This document shows, one piece after another, positions 14,095-29,072 of a stretch of DNA of 64,000 bases. The DNA is from Octopus vulgaris. Taxonomy: Eukaryota. The position numbers were made by a program, and so were the translations under genes. Under the pieces are notes generated by a model. The model ran no database searches. It saw only the letters and a program-made list of their open reading frames with translations, and had not been told where the DNA came from. The number at the start of each line of letters is the position of its first letter. The first letter of the stretch is position 1. Where the stretch lies: contig OX597831.1 in assembly GCA_951406725.2 (NCBI GenBank), positions 11,470,001 to 11,534,000 on the forward strand, given 5' to 3'.

Positions 14095-14348
14095 CTAGAA
14101 ATTTCTGTTCGAGAGCTGTGGCCATGCCTCGGCACAGGCAACAGGTGTTGCTACACCTTCATCAATCCTTCTGTAATAGTTGACATTTGGTGAATGAAGG
14201 GCTTTCATACTGACACCCTTATTTCTACTACCTGCCGTGAACCTGGGTATTTTGACAGTAGGAGATTTAATTTAGTTTCAATGGTACCTGCATCTTGCCC
14301 ATATAGTTTCCTCAGCTCCTTCGGGAGGATATTGAAAATCTGTGATCA
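14095..14348 (-). mobile_element. CR1-like LINE 3' end (ORF2 C-terminus plus 3' UTR)
   Basis: Minus strand translates as QIFNILPKELRKLYGQDAGTIETKLNLLLSK..FIHQM, followed by a GCATGGCCACAG tail. Confidence 0.7.
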
Positions 14349-14400
14349 TATGACTTAAATCAGGTAAAAGATAAAGATGTCTATGATATGAAAATATATA

Positions 14401-14804
14401 TAGGCGCAGGAGTGGCTGTGTGGTAAGTAGCTTACTAACCAACCACATGGTTACGTGTTCAGTCTCACTGCGTGACATCTTGGGCAAGTGTCTTCTGCTA
14501 TAGCCCCGGGCCGGCCAATGCCTTGTGAGTGAATTTGGTAGACGGAAACTGAAAGAAGCCCGTCGTATATATGTATATATATGTATATGTGTGTGTGTTT
14601 GGGTGTCTGTGTTTGTCCCCCTAGCGTGGCTTGACAAGCGATGCTGGTGTGTTTATGTCCCCGTCACTTAGCGGTTCGGCAAAAGAGACCGATAGAATAA
14701 GTACTGGGCTTACAAAGAATAAGTCCCGGGGTCAATTTGTTCGGATTAAAGGCGGTGCTCCAGCATGGCCGCAGTCAAATGACTGAAACAAGTAAAAAAA
14801 AAAA
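14401..14804 (+). mobile_element. SINE family A, full length
   Basis: Complete head, CORE-like ..CTTGGGCAAGTG.. segment, internal microsatellite and tail. Confidence 0.92.
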
Positions 14805-14833
14805 TAGCATATATATATAAATACAATATGCGT

Positions 14834-14910
<77 letters not shown>

Positions 14911-15128
14911 ATGAGTCTATTCGTATGTATATAGGTATGTAAGGATCAGCCAAATATAAATAATGAAGAAACTTTCTATACATTTTCTTCTCCGAAGAAA
15001 CTTTTCTTTATAACGATAAAAAAAAAAGTTGTCTCTAAGAAAATTTAAGCGCACCAGAGATTTATTCCTGTGTTTAAAATTAGAATTCGGTTCGTTTTTA
15101 TTTATTTATTTATTATCATTTATTATTA

Positions 15129-15180
<52 letters not shown>

Positions 15181-15288
15181 CATTATTATCATTATTATTA
15201 TTATTATCATTTATTATTTATTATTATTATTGTTATTGTTTTCTCTTATTGTTGTTATTGTTATTACTATTATTATTATTATTATTAC

Positions 15289-15340
<52 letters not shown>

Positions 15341-15527
15341 TAATACTGAAAAAATTGTTGCTAATCTCTTTGCGTCTTTTATAAATGTCGCATTGACTTA
15401 TTGCGTCTGGCAGACGTATTACCAGTCAAAGACAGAAACCAATACTACAATACACACACACATACACACACATAGTACCCTTCCACAACCATACCCTTAC
15501 ACACAGACACATACACGTACACACACA

Positions 15528-15569
<42 letters not shown>

Positions 15570-15602
15570 CACACGGATACGCAAAAATTGTATGTATGCA
15601 TG

Positions 15603-15649
<47 letters not shown>

Positions 15650-15766
15650 TTATATGTATACATACATATATATATTATATGCATATATATATATATATAC
15701 ATATACATACACACATATTTATGCATATGCATACATGTATACATATATGTACATATGCATATACAC

Positions 15767-15832
<66 letters not shown>

Positions 15833-15886
15833 ATATATATATATACATATATACATGTATATGAATACATATACATGTATATGAAT

Positions 15887-15922
<36 letters not shown>

Positions 15923-16313
15923 CTTATTGATATCTATACCTGATATTTTGACTTTGTTATTCACCGCCTTTCATATGATATTGATATCTGTGCAAATGAT
16001 AAACCTAACGTCTTGAAAATAAAAAAAAACTGCAGTAAGCATCACACACACATACACACACACACATACAGACTCAGGAATAATACCTACAAAGCTGAAA
16101 CCGACGCGCGCGCACCTGGCGAGAAACAGTAATAAACATTCTCTGTGAATCCGTTTCGCTTTTGGTTAGTTACCATTCCTGTAATTCTATCAATAGTTTA
16201 CTCGCAAACCGAAGTTGCTCCTCGTAATTGAGTTTGTGAAATAATACCAAAGCTATTTCCGTACGTCTCCTATTGACTGCTATTGTTTTGCAGGAATTGT
16301 AAATATATGAAAA

Positions 16314-16354
<41 letters not shown>

Positions 16355-16752
16355 ACGCACACACACACACACACACACGCGCACACACACACACAGACAC
16401 ACACACACACACACACACGCACACAAGCACGCACGCACACACATAAATATATGAACATACATACCCGCCCGAGACACTCACATGCATTTTCATGTACATA
16501 CAGACACATATGCACTCACTGACATATGTATATGATGTACAGTGTATGATATGTGTGCGTGTGTGTGTGTGTGTCTGTGTGTGTGTATGTATGTATAATA
16601 AATACTTTGATACGAGGGAATAAGAAGCGTGAAGTGCTCAATGCGTAATATAGAGCATATCATATGTATGAAACATATGGAGTTGAATGATCCCTGATGC
16701 GAAAGGATATTAAGCGAATAGTAATAGTAGTAGTAATAATGATACTACTACA

Positions 16753-16800
<48 letters not shown>

Positions 16801-16839
16801 GATGATGATAATAATAATAATAATAATAATAATATTAAC

Positions 16840-16877
<38 letters not shown>

Positions 16878-16916
16878 TAATAATAATAACAATGATAATA
16901 ATAATAATAATAATAG

Positions 16917-17058
16917 AGTAGCTTGCTTACCTACCACATAATTGCGAGTTCATTCCCACTGCGTGGCACCTTGGGCAAGTGTCTTCTAGTATAGCCTCGG
17001 GCCGACCAAAGCCTTGTGAGTAGATTTGGTAGTCGGAAACTGAAAGAAGCCCGTCGTA

Positions 17059-17143
<85 letters not shown>

Positions 17144-17360
17144 GTATGTATATGTTTGTGTGTCTGTGTTTGTTACCCCCACCCAACATCGTTTGACAAC
17201 CGATGGTGGTGTGCTTACGTCCCCGTAACTTAGCGGTTCGGCAAATGAGGCCGATTGAATAAGTACTAGGCTTACAAAAATCCTGGGGTCGATTTGCTCT
17301 ACTAAAGGCGGTGCTCCAGCATGGCCGCAGTCAAATGACTGAAACAAGTAAAAGAGTAAA
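16917..17360 (+). mobile_element. SINE family A, slightly 5'-truncated, inside an (AAT)n array
   Basis: Sequence match; (AAT)n on both sides (about 16810-16915 and 17365-17705). Confidence 0.9.
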
Positions 17361-17387
17361 ATAGGAATAATAACAATAATAATAATA

Positions 17388-17462
<75 letters not shown>

Positions 17463-17540
17463 GTAATAATAATAATAATAATAATAATAGTAATAATAAT
17501 AATAATAATTATAATAATAATAATAATAGTAATAATAATA

Positions 17541-17685
<145 letters not shown>

Positions 17686-17987
17686 TAATAATAACAATAA
17701 TAATAATTTTAATAATTGAGAATGTTCCCTGGTTTACCATCGCCACAAGAAATTCAAAAGATTGTTTCAGCAGGTCCGTCACACATATTGAGCAGAACTT
17801 TGTCTATGCGAGATCGGTTACTACCCATGTATTCTAATTCTTTTATTTTTTATTTACTTACCTTAGTTTCGTATTGAAAAATGAACAATGTTGGTATGTT
17901 TAGTTTAATGGCATCTCAATGTAGACGGTGAGTCACTTTGTCCTAGGGTTCGGGAAGACACTCGGCAAGAAATGGAAACAAAATTGC

Positions 17988-18045
17988 ATGATGATGACGA
18001 TGATGATGACGACGACGACGATGATCATAGAGATGATGATGATGT

Positions 18046-18078
<33 letters not shown>

Positions 18079-18297
18079 CGACGATGATGACGACGATGAT
18101 GACGATGATAATGACGATGACGATGATGATGATGATGATGCCGATGAGATGATGATGATTATGATGATGATGATGATGATCATGACGACGACGATGATGA
18201 TGATGATGAAGATGATGATGATGATGATGATGACGATGATGATGACGATGATGATGACGATGATGATGACGACGATGATGATGATGATGATGATGAC

Positions 18298-18342
<45 letters not shown>
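17988..18342. repeat. (GAT/GAC)n microsatellite
   Basis: Directly visible. Confidence 0.95.
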
Positions 18343-18344
<2 letters not shown>

Positions 18345-18564
18345 CCTTTAATTGGCACAAATGAGAGGAGCATGACATTAACAGCGAACAAAAGGTGTCG
18401 GGGTTTACGTTAAAGGTGAGGAGAAAGAAACGGAAAAGACAGGGAAATCCAATGACGATGAAACGAAAGGAAGATAGTGACTTCGAAGTTTCCGTTTGTT
18501 TTGCTTTAGTACTTTGTGACTTCGAAATCGTCAACAATTTTTTTTATAAAGCCGGACACACGTA

Positions 18565-18737
18565 TAGGCGCAGGAGTGGCTGTGTGGTAAGTAGCTTGCT
18601 AACCAACCACATTGTTCCGGGTTCAGTCCCACTGCATGGCATCTTGGGCAAGTGTCTTCTGCTATAGCCCCGGGCCGACCAATGCCTTGTGAGTGGATTT
18701 GGTAGACGGAAACTGAAAGAAGCCTGTCGTATATATG

Positions 18738-18768
<31 letters not shown>

Positions 18769-18960
18769 ATGTCTGTGTTTGTCCCCCTAGCATTGCTGGT
18801 GTGTTTAAGTCCCCGTCACTTAGCGGTTCGGCAAAAGAGACCGAAAGAATAAGTACTGGGCTTACAAAGAATAAGTCCCGGGGTAGATTTGCTCGACTAA
18901 AGGCGGTGCTCCAGCATGGTCGCAGTCAAATGACTGAAACAAGTAAAAGAATAAAAGAAA
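18565..18960 (+). mobile_element. SINE family A, full length
   Basis: Sequence match to the other copies. Confidence 0.92.
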
Positions 18961-18983
18961 AAATAACGTATACTCTTTCTCTT

Positions 18984-19017
<34 letters not shown>

Positions 19018-19257
19018 TCTCTCACACGCACACACACATAAATATTTACACATACATGTATGTCACCGACAACTATTACCTTTATATATGTATATATCTA
19101 TATCTCTCAATATCTATCTACCTATCTGGCCTTATAGTAAGAAGTTTGCTTCCAAACCACATGGTTGCGGGTTCAATCCTACTGCGTGCGTGGAAACTTG
19201 GTTATAGCCTCGGGCCGATCAAAACTTTGTAAGTGTGCCTATTGTATACGCGCGCGC

Positions 19258-19309
<52 letters not shown>

Positions 19310-19809
19310 ATTTATATACATCTGTGTATGTACGTGTGTGTCTACATTTCAATTATGGATAGAAACGAGGTTTCGATGGCGCATATTAGAGAACTGAAAT
19401 CCTGTTACGAACCAACTTTTGCAAACTGCTAAACGCATCTAATGATATCCCGACATTAATAACGTTTGCAAATATCCTGGTTACCGAAATACAACAAAAG
19501 ATCTGCTCAGCATTAATTATCATATTCCTATATTAACGCCCATATATTAATACCAGAATACTTTCGGATATATCGAAACGTTATCCGGTTATATATAAAC
19601 CTTTCTAATGAAGCTGCTATGCACATCAATAAGCGATAATTTAGTCTCTGGAAGTGGTGAGTAATGTTAAAGCTCTTTTTGAGTCGCGGCTAAAACCCGA
19701 TTTTGATTCTAGTTCATAGCAATTTTCTTTAAATAATGGTACGTAATGCCTAAGGCCAAACCAAACTCGGTTTTTTTATTACACTGAAAGTAAATTACGA
19801 TGCAGTCAG

Positions 19810-20352
19810 CACCAGGCCGCGAGTGGCTCTCATGGCTTCTGACCTTCACTGATTGGAAATGTTTATATGTACATGTTCGTTTTGGTGTGAATGATGGGCC
19901 AAAAGCAAATATTCTGCTCATTACCAGGTATTTGCTTGTCAGTAGCTTGGCTTTAACCAGTTGAGCATGTCCCTTAGTGGCTGGCGATATGTCCACCTCT
20001 GATCACGAGCAGAAGTAGTGGGGGAAGCATCATAGGAATTATTTGGGAGTTTGGATAATTCACCTCTGGAAACATGGGTATTTCGTTCATCATCCTCAAA
20101 CAACCCATATTCGGGGACCTTCTTAGTAGATGGCCTACTAGCCTTAAAGAAAATTCTAACCGGATCCCCACCTGGAAGGTCATGCGCCGTTTATCTTGAT
20201 ATGAGATCCCCATGTCGAGCACACATGTTTGTGATACAGGTGCACTCTTATCAGATGGGTAGTCAATCTGGGTATATTGGGCTTCGTATGTTTGTATCCT
20301 GCGTCATTCTGGTGGCGTGGACTTCTCTTTCACAACAACAACAACAATAATA
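19810..20352 (+). mobile_element. Dispersed repeat family D ending in (AAC)/(AAT)n; probable non-LTR retroposon 3' end
   Basis: Homologous to the reverse complements of 38950-39325 and 56303-56470. Confidence 0.7.
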
Positions 20353-21104
20353 ATCCTTTCTTATTACTGATACAAGGTCTGAAATTTTCGGCGAGAGGAT
20401 TAAGAGATTATATTAATCCCAGTATTCAACTGATACTTATTTTATCGATCCGGAAAAGGATGAATGTCAAAAATATACCTTGGCGGAATTTGAACCCAGA
20501 GCGTCAAGACGGACAAAATGCCGCTAAGCATTTTACTCCGAATGCTAACGACTCTGCCAGCTCACTGCCTCTTGCTCACAACTAACCATCCGTCCTCTAA
20601 TCTACATCTCCCCTTCGTATTAAATAAGATTATAACAGTTAACTCCATGTTGCTCTCGGTAATCAGTAAAACGTGTTTATTACCAGAAACAACATGTCTC
20701 TGTCTGTTGATTTGTGTTTGTGTTGTGCATCTGAAAAAGCTGCTGTTATTAAAATTTTAATTGCTGTGTAAAACTCTACGAAACTTATTGTCTTATCAAC
20801 AATTTATTTCTCATAATCCATAATCCTTTCCATAGCTCACTTTCAAACCAATTTCAGTCCCGCTGCGCTGCACCTTGGACATAAGTCTCCAACTATAGAC
20901 CCGGATTTGACACAAAATAAGTACTGGGTACAGTTTATTCGACTTAAATCCTTCAAAGCGGTGCCCCAGCATGGCCGCAGTCCAATGACTGACACAAGTA
21001 AAAGAAATGATAAAGCACCATTTAAAGGTATTATAGCGCTTCTTGAAAAAAAAAATTCAAATATATTCCTTAATATCAGAGATCTGGGAGTAGCGTTTTG
21101 GCAA

Positions 21105-21420
21105 AACCCGTTTCCCAGGGTAACAAATGAATCAAGGTTCTCAACTTCATGGCTAAGGATGACGGTCTCAGATACAACCATCATCAATTTGGATCCATTT
21201 GCTGAATCTTCTTGCTATCTTCGAATTAACTAAGGATCTGTGGGCCTGGAGTTCTCTTCCGGTTTGATTTAAAGTTAGGATTGACTCCTTTAGTATAAGC
21301 GCTCACTAGCAGTGATGGCATGTGCTTAGAATTGTCCTTTCCCAATTCTGAGTGCCTTCCAAGTCTGTTTAGTTCTCTTCGCTATACTGCTAGTGGAGTT
21401 GTCGATATAGTAGTGCCCTC
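21105..21420 (-). mobile_element. Degenerate RTE-like LINE reverse-transcriptase fragment
   Basis: SKKIQ...EVENLDSFVTLG resembles the SKTKIQ...VEVVDSFTYLG RT motif. An RTE-like 5' end lies upstream at 21841-22123. Confidence 0.5.
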
Positions 21421-21433
21421 TCTTAGAGACGTG

Positions 21434-21828
21434 ACTTGTTGGCACTCCGTCGTTTACGACGACGAGGGTTCCAGTTGATCCGATCAACGGAACAGCCTGC
21501 CTGTGAAATTAACGTGCAAGTGGCTGAGCACTCCTCAGACACGTCTAACCCTTAACGTAGTTCTCAGGGAGATTCAATGTGATGCAAAGTGTGTCAAGGC
21601 TGGCCCTTTTAAATACAGGCACAACAGAAACAGGAAGTAAATGTGAGAGTAAGTTGTGGTGAAACAGTACAGCAGGGTTCGCCACCATCCCCTGCCGGAG
21701 CCTCGTGGAATTTTAGATGTTTTCGCTCAATAAACACTCACCACGTCCGATCTGGGAATCGAAACCGCGATCCTATGACCACGAATCCGCTGCCCTAACC
21801 ACAGGGCCATTGCGGCTCTACATTGCGC
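21434..21828 (-). mobile_element. SINE family C with 12-bp TSD CTTAGAGACGTG
   Basis: TSD at 21422-21433 and 21829-21840; tRNA-like head with GGTTTCGATTCCC; tail CCCTCGTCGTCGTAA.CGACGGAGTGC. Confidence 0.92.
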
Positions 21829-22412
21829 CTTAGAGACGTGCCTTAACAAAAGGTTTAAGGTGCTTCTTCACTCGCAGTGGCCATACATAATGTGAAACAC
21901 TAACCCGGAATGTCTAAAACTCCACGTTCTTGCTAGACAGTCGTTGGTTCTACAGAGGGTTCATCCTTTCTTTTGACACGTATTACTTATGTCCTTCTAG
22001 GATTCCTCACCCGCTAAGACTGGTAGGAGAGTCAGTCTATTTGCTAACGATCGACTATTCAGTTTACTGTGCGGATTCCATGTTATTCCGCAGCAGCACA
22101 CGTGAGTAACCTGTCACTGCTTCAGTAATAGAAGGGTAATAAATTATAATATCTATAAATTTCTGCTATACATTATTTATTATACTCATCCAGGTTAGAA
22201 CTGACGTGTTATCATTCCGTTCAGTTAGCGCTGATTTCCTCTAATTTTAACTACTATATTGTCCAAAGCCTGTTGAAAAACACTTACCTAACGTGCGACA
22301 AAGTGGGACTGAACGCGGAACCTTATTGCTAGGATCCGAACTTCTTACCACACAGCCACATCAGCGCCTTATATCGGCAAGTGTATATGTGCGTCAGATA
22401 AACTCAAGTGGG

Positions 22413-22615
22413 CTTTACTCTCTTTACTCTTTTACTCTTCGCTGGAGCACCGCCTTTAATCGAGCAACTCGACCCCGGGACTTATTCTTTTGTAAGCCCA
22501 GTACTTATTCTATCGGTCTCTTTTGCCGAAACGCTAAGTAACGGGGACATAAACACACCAGCATCGGTTGTCAAGCAATGTTAGGGGGACAAACACAGCC
22601 ACAAAAATACACACA

Positions 22616-22681
<66 letters not shown>

Positions 22682-22851
22682 TATATACGACGGGCTTCTT
22701 TCAGTTTCCGTCTACCAAATCCACTCGCAAGGCTTTGGTCGGCCCGAGACTATAGTAGAAGACACTTGCCCAAGGTGCCACGTAGTGGGACTGAACCCGG
22801 AACCATGTGGTTGGTAAACAAGCTTCTTTACCACACAGCCACTCCTGCGCC
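22413..22851 (-). mobile_element. SINE family A, near full length
   Basis: Reverse-complement match. Confidence 0.9.
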
Positions 22852-23202
22852 ACAGGACTTATTGAATATATATATACATGGAACACGAAATACAGAGTTT
22901 CCCGTAATCTTTAATTTGTAAACACTTGTAACTATACTTCTTAAACCAACTTGTTTATCTGCTTCTCTGCTTCCATACCCGTTCGACGCGAATCGTTCTC
23001 TTAGTGACTTTTCTAAACCGGAGTTGCCTGGCCAGAACGTCGGAGCTGGAATATAAACCGACATTTATCTGAGCACTTTGCCATGAATAACCATAACAAG
23101 CTTTACAACACAAAAGCATACGCACACTGTGAGCTGTGTATGCTTAAATATGTGTATGTACGCATGGAAATGAATAATTCGCGTGCGCGTATGTACGTAT
23201 GC

Positions 23203-23247
<45 letters not shown>

Positions 23248-23255
<8 letters not shown>

Positions 23256-23429
23256 AAGAAGGGACAGGCAAAACAGGTTGCTTGACCGCATATGTTTTGC
23301 ATATGTGAATTACAGGGTCTGTCATGCCCGGAGTCCAACTTTGATAGAAATAAGCATTCTTGACTGCTATTTCTATTTTTTCGGTATGCGGTCAAGCAAC
23401 CTGTTTTGCCTGTCCCTTCTTCTTATATA
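23248..23429. mobile_element. MITE-like element with perfect 45-bp terminal inverted repeats at a (TA)n tract
   Basis: 23248-23292 is the exact reverse complement of 23385-23429. Confidence 0.75.
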
Positions 23430-23552
23430 CAATATATATACTGAACTTTACAGAAGTTCCTGCCGGTAATCGGCTATATTTACATACCGAATTCTACCAG
23501 TAAATAATTGGGGTTTTTTAAAAGCCTTTATAGAAATTATTTACTCTTATCA

Positions 23553-23625
<73 letters not shown>

Positions 23626-24051
23626 GTGTGCGTGTATGTATGTATATATGTATGTATGTATGCATGCATGTATATAATTATTTATATATTCTTGGAGGTG
23701 CCAAGTTAAAAGCAACGTGGTCAGGCCACTTAGAATGAAGAGCTCAATGTTAGGATTAAACTGTACGTATGTGTACGCGTGTAGTGTCGATGTGTGTGTG
23801 TGTGTGTGTGTGAGTGTGTGTGTGTGTATGTGTATATATAGAGAGAGATAAATAGATTGATAGATAGATACATAAATAGATAGACACACAGGCACACAGG
23901 CACGAGCACACACACACACACACATATTTATATATATACAAACACGTGTTCATATATGTATAATATAAAAGTTTTTATATGCAAATACAAGCAATATGTG
24001 CATATATTTTCGGATATATGTGTGCATGCATATATATTTATACATACATAT

Positions 24052-24106
<55 letters not shown>

Positions 24107-24263
24107 GTATATAGTTATATATATATGTATATATATATATATATATTAATATATACACGTGCTTATGCATAACCATACATATATAGAAGTAATATATACA
24201 TACACACACAAACATACATATTTTATTACAATATATGACATGAGGGAGAAGGTAGAATGTGGG

Positions 24264-24297
24264 ACCGGAAGTGGGCGTGTAAATGTGCAAAATGGCT
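24264..24297 (+). promoter_or_regulatory. Candidate promoter motif cluster: ETS (ACCGGAAGTG), KLF/Sp (GGGCGTGT), YY1-like (CAAAATGGC)
   Basis: Three motifs within 34 bp of non-repeat sequence; no transcript evidence. Confidence 0.3.
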
Positions 24298-25147
24298 GAA
24301 TGCTGGAAGATTTATTTTCATGCTTGATATTTGTTCTTGATGTTGTTATTGTCGTTGTTGTTGTTGTTATTGTTGTTGTTCTTTATGCTGCTATTGCTGT
24401 TGTTGTTGTTGTTGTTGTTATTGTTGCTCGTTGATGCTTGTTGGTTGGTCGATCAGTTTTATTTGGTAATGACACAGACGCTTAGAGCTTGTACGGGTTG
24501 TTGTAGATAACGGCCAAGTAGTGGCGGCGGCGGCGGTGGTGGTGGTGGTGGAGGCTGTTGTTGTTCTTCGTGTTTTTTTTTCCTGCTTTTTCGCGGCGTG
24601 GCAAGAGCGGGAGTGGTGGCGGCGGTGGCGGTGGTGGTGATGTTTGTAAAGCAATGATGGTTTCGTTATCCAGCCATGTACAGTTTTATAAACGATATCG
24701 GTGGAAGAGACTTCGATGGTGATGAGGATGAGGGGGAGGAGGAGAAGGAGGATGACGACGATGATGATGGTGATGGTGATGATATGATGATGATAATTGT
24801 GACGGCGACGATGATGATGATGATGCTGATAACGACGAAAGCGGCGGTGGTGGCGATGATGATGATGACGATGTCGACGATGATGGTAGGGATGATGATG
24901 GAGAATAAAGGTGTTGACGGGGATGGTGGTGATGGTGATGATGAGGATGATGATAATGTTGAAGATGATGTTGATAGCGATGATGATGATGATAGTGATG
25001 ATTATGATGATGATGATAGTGATGATTATGATGATGATGATGATGATAGTGATGATTATGATGATGATGATGATGATGTAACGGTGATGTGCCTTTTTTG
25101 TTCTGTTTTGTTTTGGTTCTGTATTTCCTTTGCGTGTGTGTGTGTGT

Positions 25148-25198
<51 letters not shown>

Positions 25199-25334
25199 TG
25201 TGTGTGTTTCGTTGACATTAATCGATGGATATTATTTTCACTTTAAAATTTCTTGCCATCAAATATCCATTGGAGACAATTCATCTTAGTCCGATAGGCT
25301 CCCTCTCACTTTTCTAAGCATCGGGTCTCCCGAG

Positions 25335-25390
25335 GAAGGCGGCGGAGAGGAGAGGAGAGGAGCGGGAGGGGCGGGGCGGGGCGGTGAGGA
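25335..25390 (+). promoter_or_regulatory. Three tandem GC boxes (GGGGCGG), G-quadruplex-capable
   Basis: GGGAGGGGCGGGGCGGGGCGG in an AT-rich background. Confidence 0.35.
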
Positions 25391-25538
25391 GAGGAAGGAG
25401 AGACGGACAGGAGTTAAGAGACGTGGCAGAAACAACGAAGAAGAAATGTTTGCACGGTGGAAGGGTTGGGCCGGCGGTTTATGAAATCTACTTACGTTGC
25501 TCTGTCAGATATTGTTGCTAACAGATCAAACACAAACG

Positions 25539-25744
<206 letters not shown>

Positions 25745-25824
25745 ATACATATATATTACATGAATATACATATGCATTTATGTAAATATATACGTATACA
25801 TATACGTATATATGTATGTATATA

Positions 25825-25865
<41 letters not shown>

Positions 25866-25999
25866 GTAGGGTGCGCGCTGCTGGTTCGTGTGAACATACG
25901 AGCATGTGTGTAAGGGCTCAATATAAGCGAGTGAGCATGCGTGTTAAGATAGGTAATTGTATGTGGATGTCTGCTAGTCTATTATTAACGAGTTCTCGG

Positions 26000-26042
<43 letters not shown>

Positions 26043-27771
26043 CGTTCTTTCTTTCGCTTTGCTACGGTACCTCTCTCACTGTGTCTCGCTGAACAGATTT
26101 ATATATACATGCATACATACATACATACATTCATACATACATGCATGCATATACACATCTATATATTCAGGGAGAGCGAGGAGATGGGAGGGAGGGAGGG
26201 AGGGAGAGAAAAAGTGATGTATTGAATTTATGATTGTGTATACATGCATACATACATACATACATATACATTCATACATACATACATACATATATATAAT
26301 ATACATTTATTTTCACATATATATGTATATATTTACATGTATATATATATATTATGGGTGTATATACATGCGTATAAATATATATATATATATAAATACA
26401 CATATACATATATATATACACACACATATATATATATACATGTAAATATATACGTATATATGTGAAAGTATATATATATATATATATATATGTTATATAT
26501 GTGTATATGTATATGTATGTTTGTATGTATGTATGTATGTATGTATGTATGTATGTATGTATGTATGTATGTATGTATGTATGTATGTATGTGTGTGTAT
26601 GTATGCTTATCGTAATATAACACTCACATAAACTTGTATATATGTGGTTAACTGCTTTTGTCCTTCCCTCTTCCTTTCCCTCTATTTCATCTTCCTTTCT
26701 TTCCCTTTCCTCTCCCCACCATTGCTACCACCGCACATACCACTGACTTTCATTTCCACGCCTCTCCCCTACGCTCTCCTTCATCCTTTCTCCTATAACA
26801 AACGCCCTCTTTCCGTTCTCTCTCTCCCTCTCTCTCTCTCTGCCCTTCCCTCGTAATCTCCTTCTTCCCCTGCCTTGTTCAACAACTACTACTACTGTTT
26901 CTTCTTCTTCTTCTTCTTTTTTCTCTTTCTTCTCCTCCCTTTCTTTTCCTATTTCTTCTTTTGACTTTCTCCTCCTACCTCACCCCGCATATCTCTTTCT
27001 ACCCAGCTCCCTCTTTTCTCTCTTCCTTTCTCTTAACCCCCCTCCCATCCATATTTCCACTGACCCCATCCTTTCCCCCTTTGCGTTTATTCTTCCTCCT
27101 CTCTCCCTCTCTCTATATCTCTCTCTCAATCTCATACCACTCCCTTTTTCCAGCTCCTCTCGCCACCACCACCACCATCACCACCACCACCAACCCCTCT
27201 CCTTGATATGATATAATCCAGAATCGCATTCCTATGACACACGAAGCCATCAATTGGACATAATCAACCAGGATTTCAGCTTCAAACCGGCGGTGTCGGT
27301 TGGTGCTGAGTCGACCGCCAACATTTCGCTTTTAACATCATCAATAATTATCACTTCCGTATATCATCGGCAGTTATGAGCAATGGCGTATGAGACGCCA
27401 ACGGTGACGTCGAACGAACGAACGAACGAACGAGCGATGGCGGCGGAGATGGAAATTGTCGGTAATGAAGGCGATAGAGATTCTGATGCGGGGAAGAGTA
27501 CCGGTTGTTGTTAGCGTTGAGGTTGTTGTTATGTTACTGTTCGCGTGGTGGTGGGGTGGTTTTGGTCGTGGCGTTCTAATGATGGCGATGATGTCGGCGG
27601 CGGTGGTGACGCTGACTTTACTAGAAAAATTGCAATGGCGCTCGTGTTGCTTGTAACGGTTTAGAAGTATGAATGAAGGTGGCGTTGATGCTGGTTGGCG
27701 AGGCCGGAACAGGTTTGCTCTTGTGCGTTCTTGTTCTATGCTTGTTGTTCTCGATATTGTTGTTGTTGTTG

Positions 27772-27856
<85 letters not shown>

Positions 27857-28058
27857 CATTGGCATCGATATTGCTGTTGTTGATGTTCTTGATATTAGTA
27901 CTAATGTTGTTCTTTTTTATTGTTGCTGTCGTTGTTATCGCTTCGGTTGATGGCGGTGGTAGTAGTTGTGAAATTGTTGATATTGGTGGTACCAGTGGTA
28001 GAAGCGGCAATGGTGGTGAAAGTAGCAATAGTGGCAACAACAGCAGCACCAGTAGCAT

Positions 28059-28132
<74 letters not shown>

Positions 28133-28474
28133 ATAGTTGTTGTTGTTGGTGTTGTTGCTGCTGCTGTTGTTGTTGTCGATCCTCTTGTTACTTATTTAGT
28201 TTTGCGCCGAATCAAAAAGCAATCAAACTTTTTCTGTTTGGTTCTTAGGGACCACTCAAACCGAAATATACGATTCTGTTTTGTTTGTCTGTTTTTTTTT
28301 TGCCTTTTTTTTTTAAGAGACCAAAATGTGATTTGATTGGAAGGTTAGAATTTAGCTGTTATTTCAAGCCGGTCGAATGACTGCATGGAGGCACCACCAC
28401 CACCGCCACCGCCACCGCCATTCGTTCACTTCTTTTCTGAGCTGCGAATTGAGATTTCGTTGTGCAGAGCAGCA

Positions 28475-28514
<40 letters not shown>

Positions 28515-28517
<3 letters not shown>

Positions 28518-28706
28518 TTTACTTGTTTCAGTCATTAGACTGTGGCCATACTGGAGCACTGCCTTGAAGAAATTTTAGTCGAACAAGTTGACCCCTGTTG
28601 TCATTATTTTTTAAACCTTGGTCTCTTTGCCGAACCGCTACATTACGGGGACGTAAACACACAAACACTGGTTGACAAGTAGTGGTGTAGGACAAACACA
28701 GACACA

Positions 28707-28744
<38 letters not shown>

Positions 28745-28987
28745 TACATATACACACACATGTGTGTGTGTGTGTGTGTGCATATATATATATAACCACA
28801 TGTGAATCGTTGGCGATTTTCTTCCTCCATCTTCCCTTCTATTGGACTTTTTTCTGTTTCAGAAAAAGAGCGTCTGCTCGAAACGTTAAACCATCTTGCT
28901 TTCCTTCCCTGACCCTCTGCTAATACTTTACATGTACCACGTCTTCGCGTTATTGTTTTTTCTTGTTTGTTCTTCTTTTTGGGATTT

Positions 28988-29072
<85 letters not shown>

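Noticed and set aside
19965-20030. Twister-like motif in family D (CCCU-UARU-GGCU..UCUG-AUCACRAG-CAGA-AGUAGUG)
   Set aside because: Superficial resemblance only: the conserved GA before the T1 pairing strand and the T2 register are missing.
27374-28058. Minus-strand ORFs with a signal-peptide-like Leu-rich start and poly-N
   Set aside because: The hydrophobic start derives from (CTA/CTG)n repeats; no recognisable domain or splice support.
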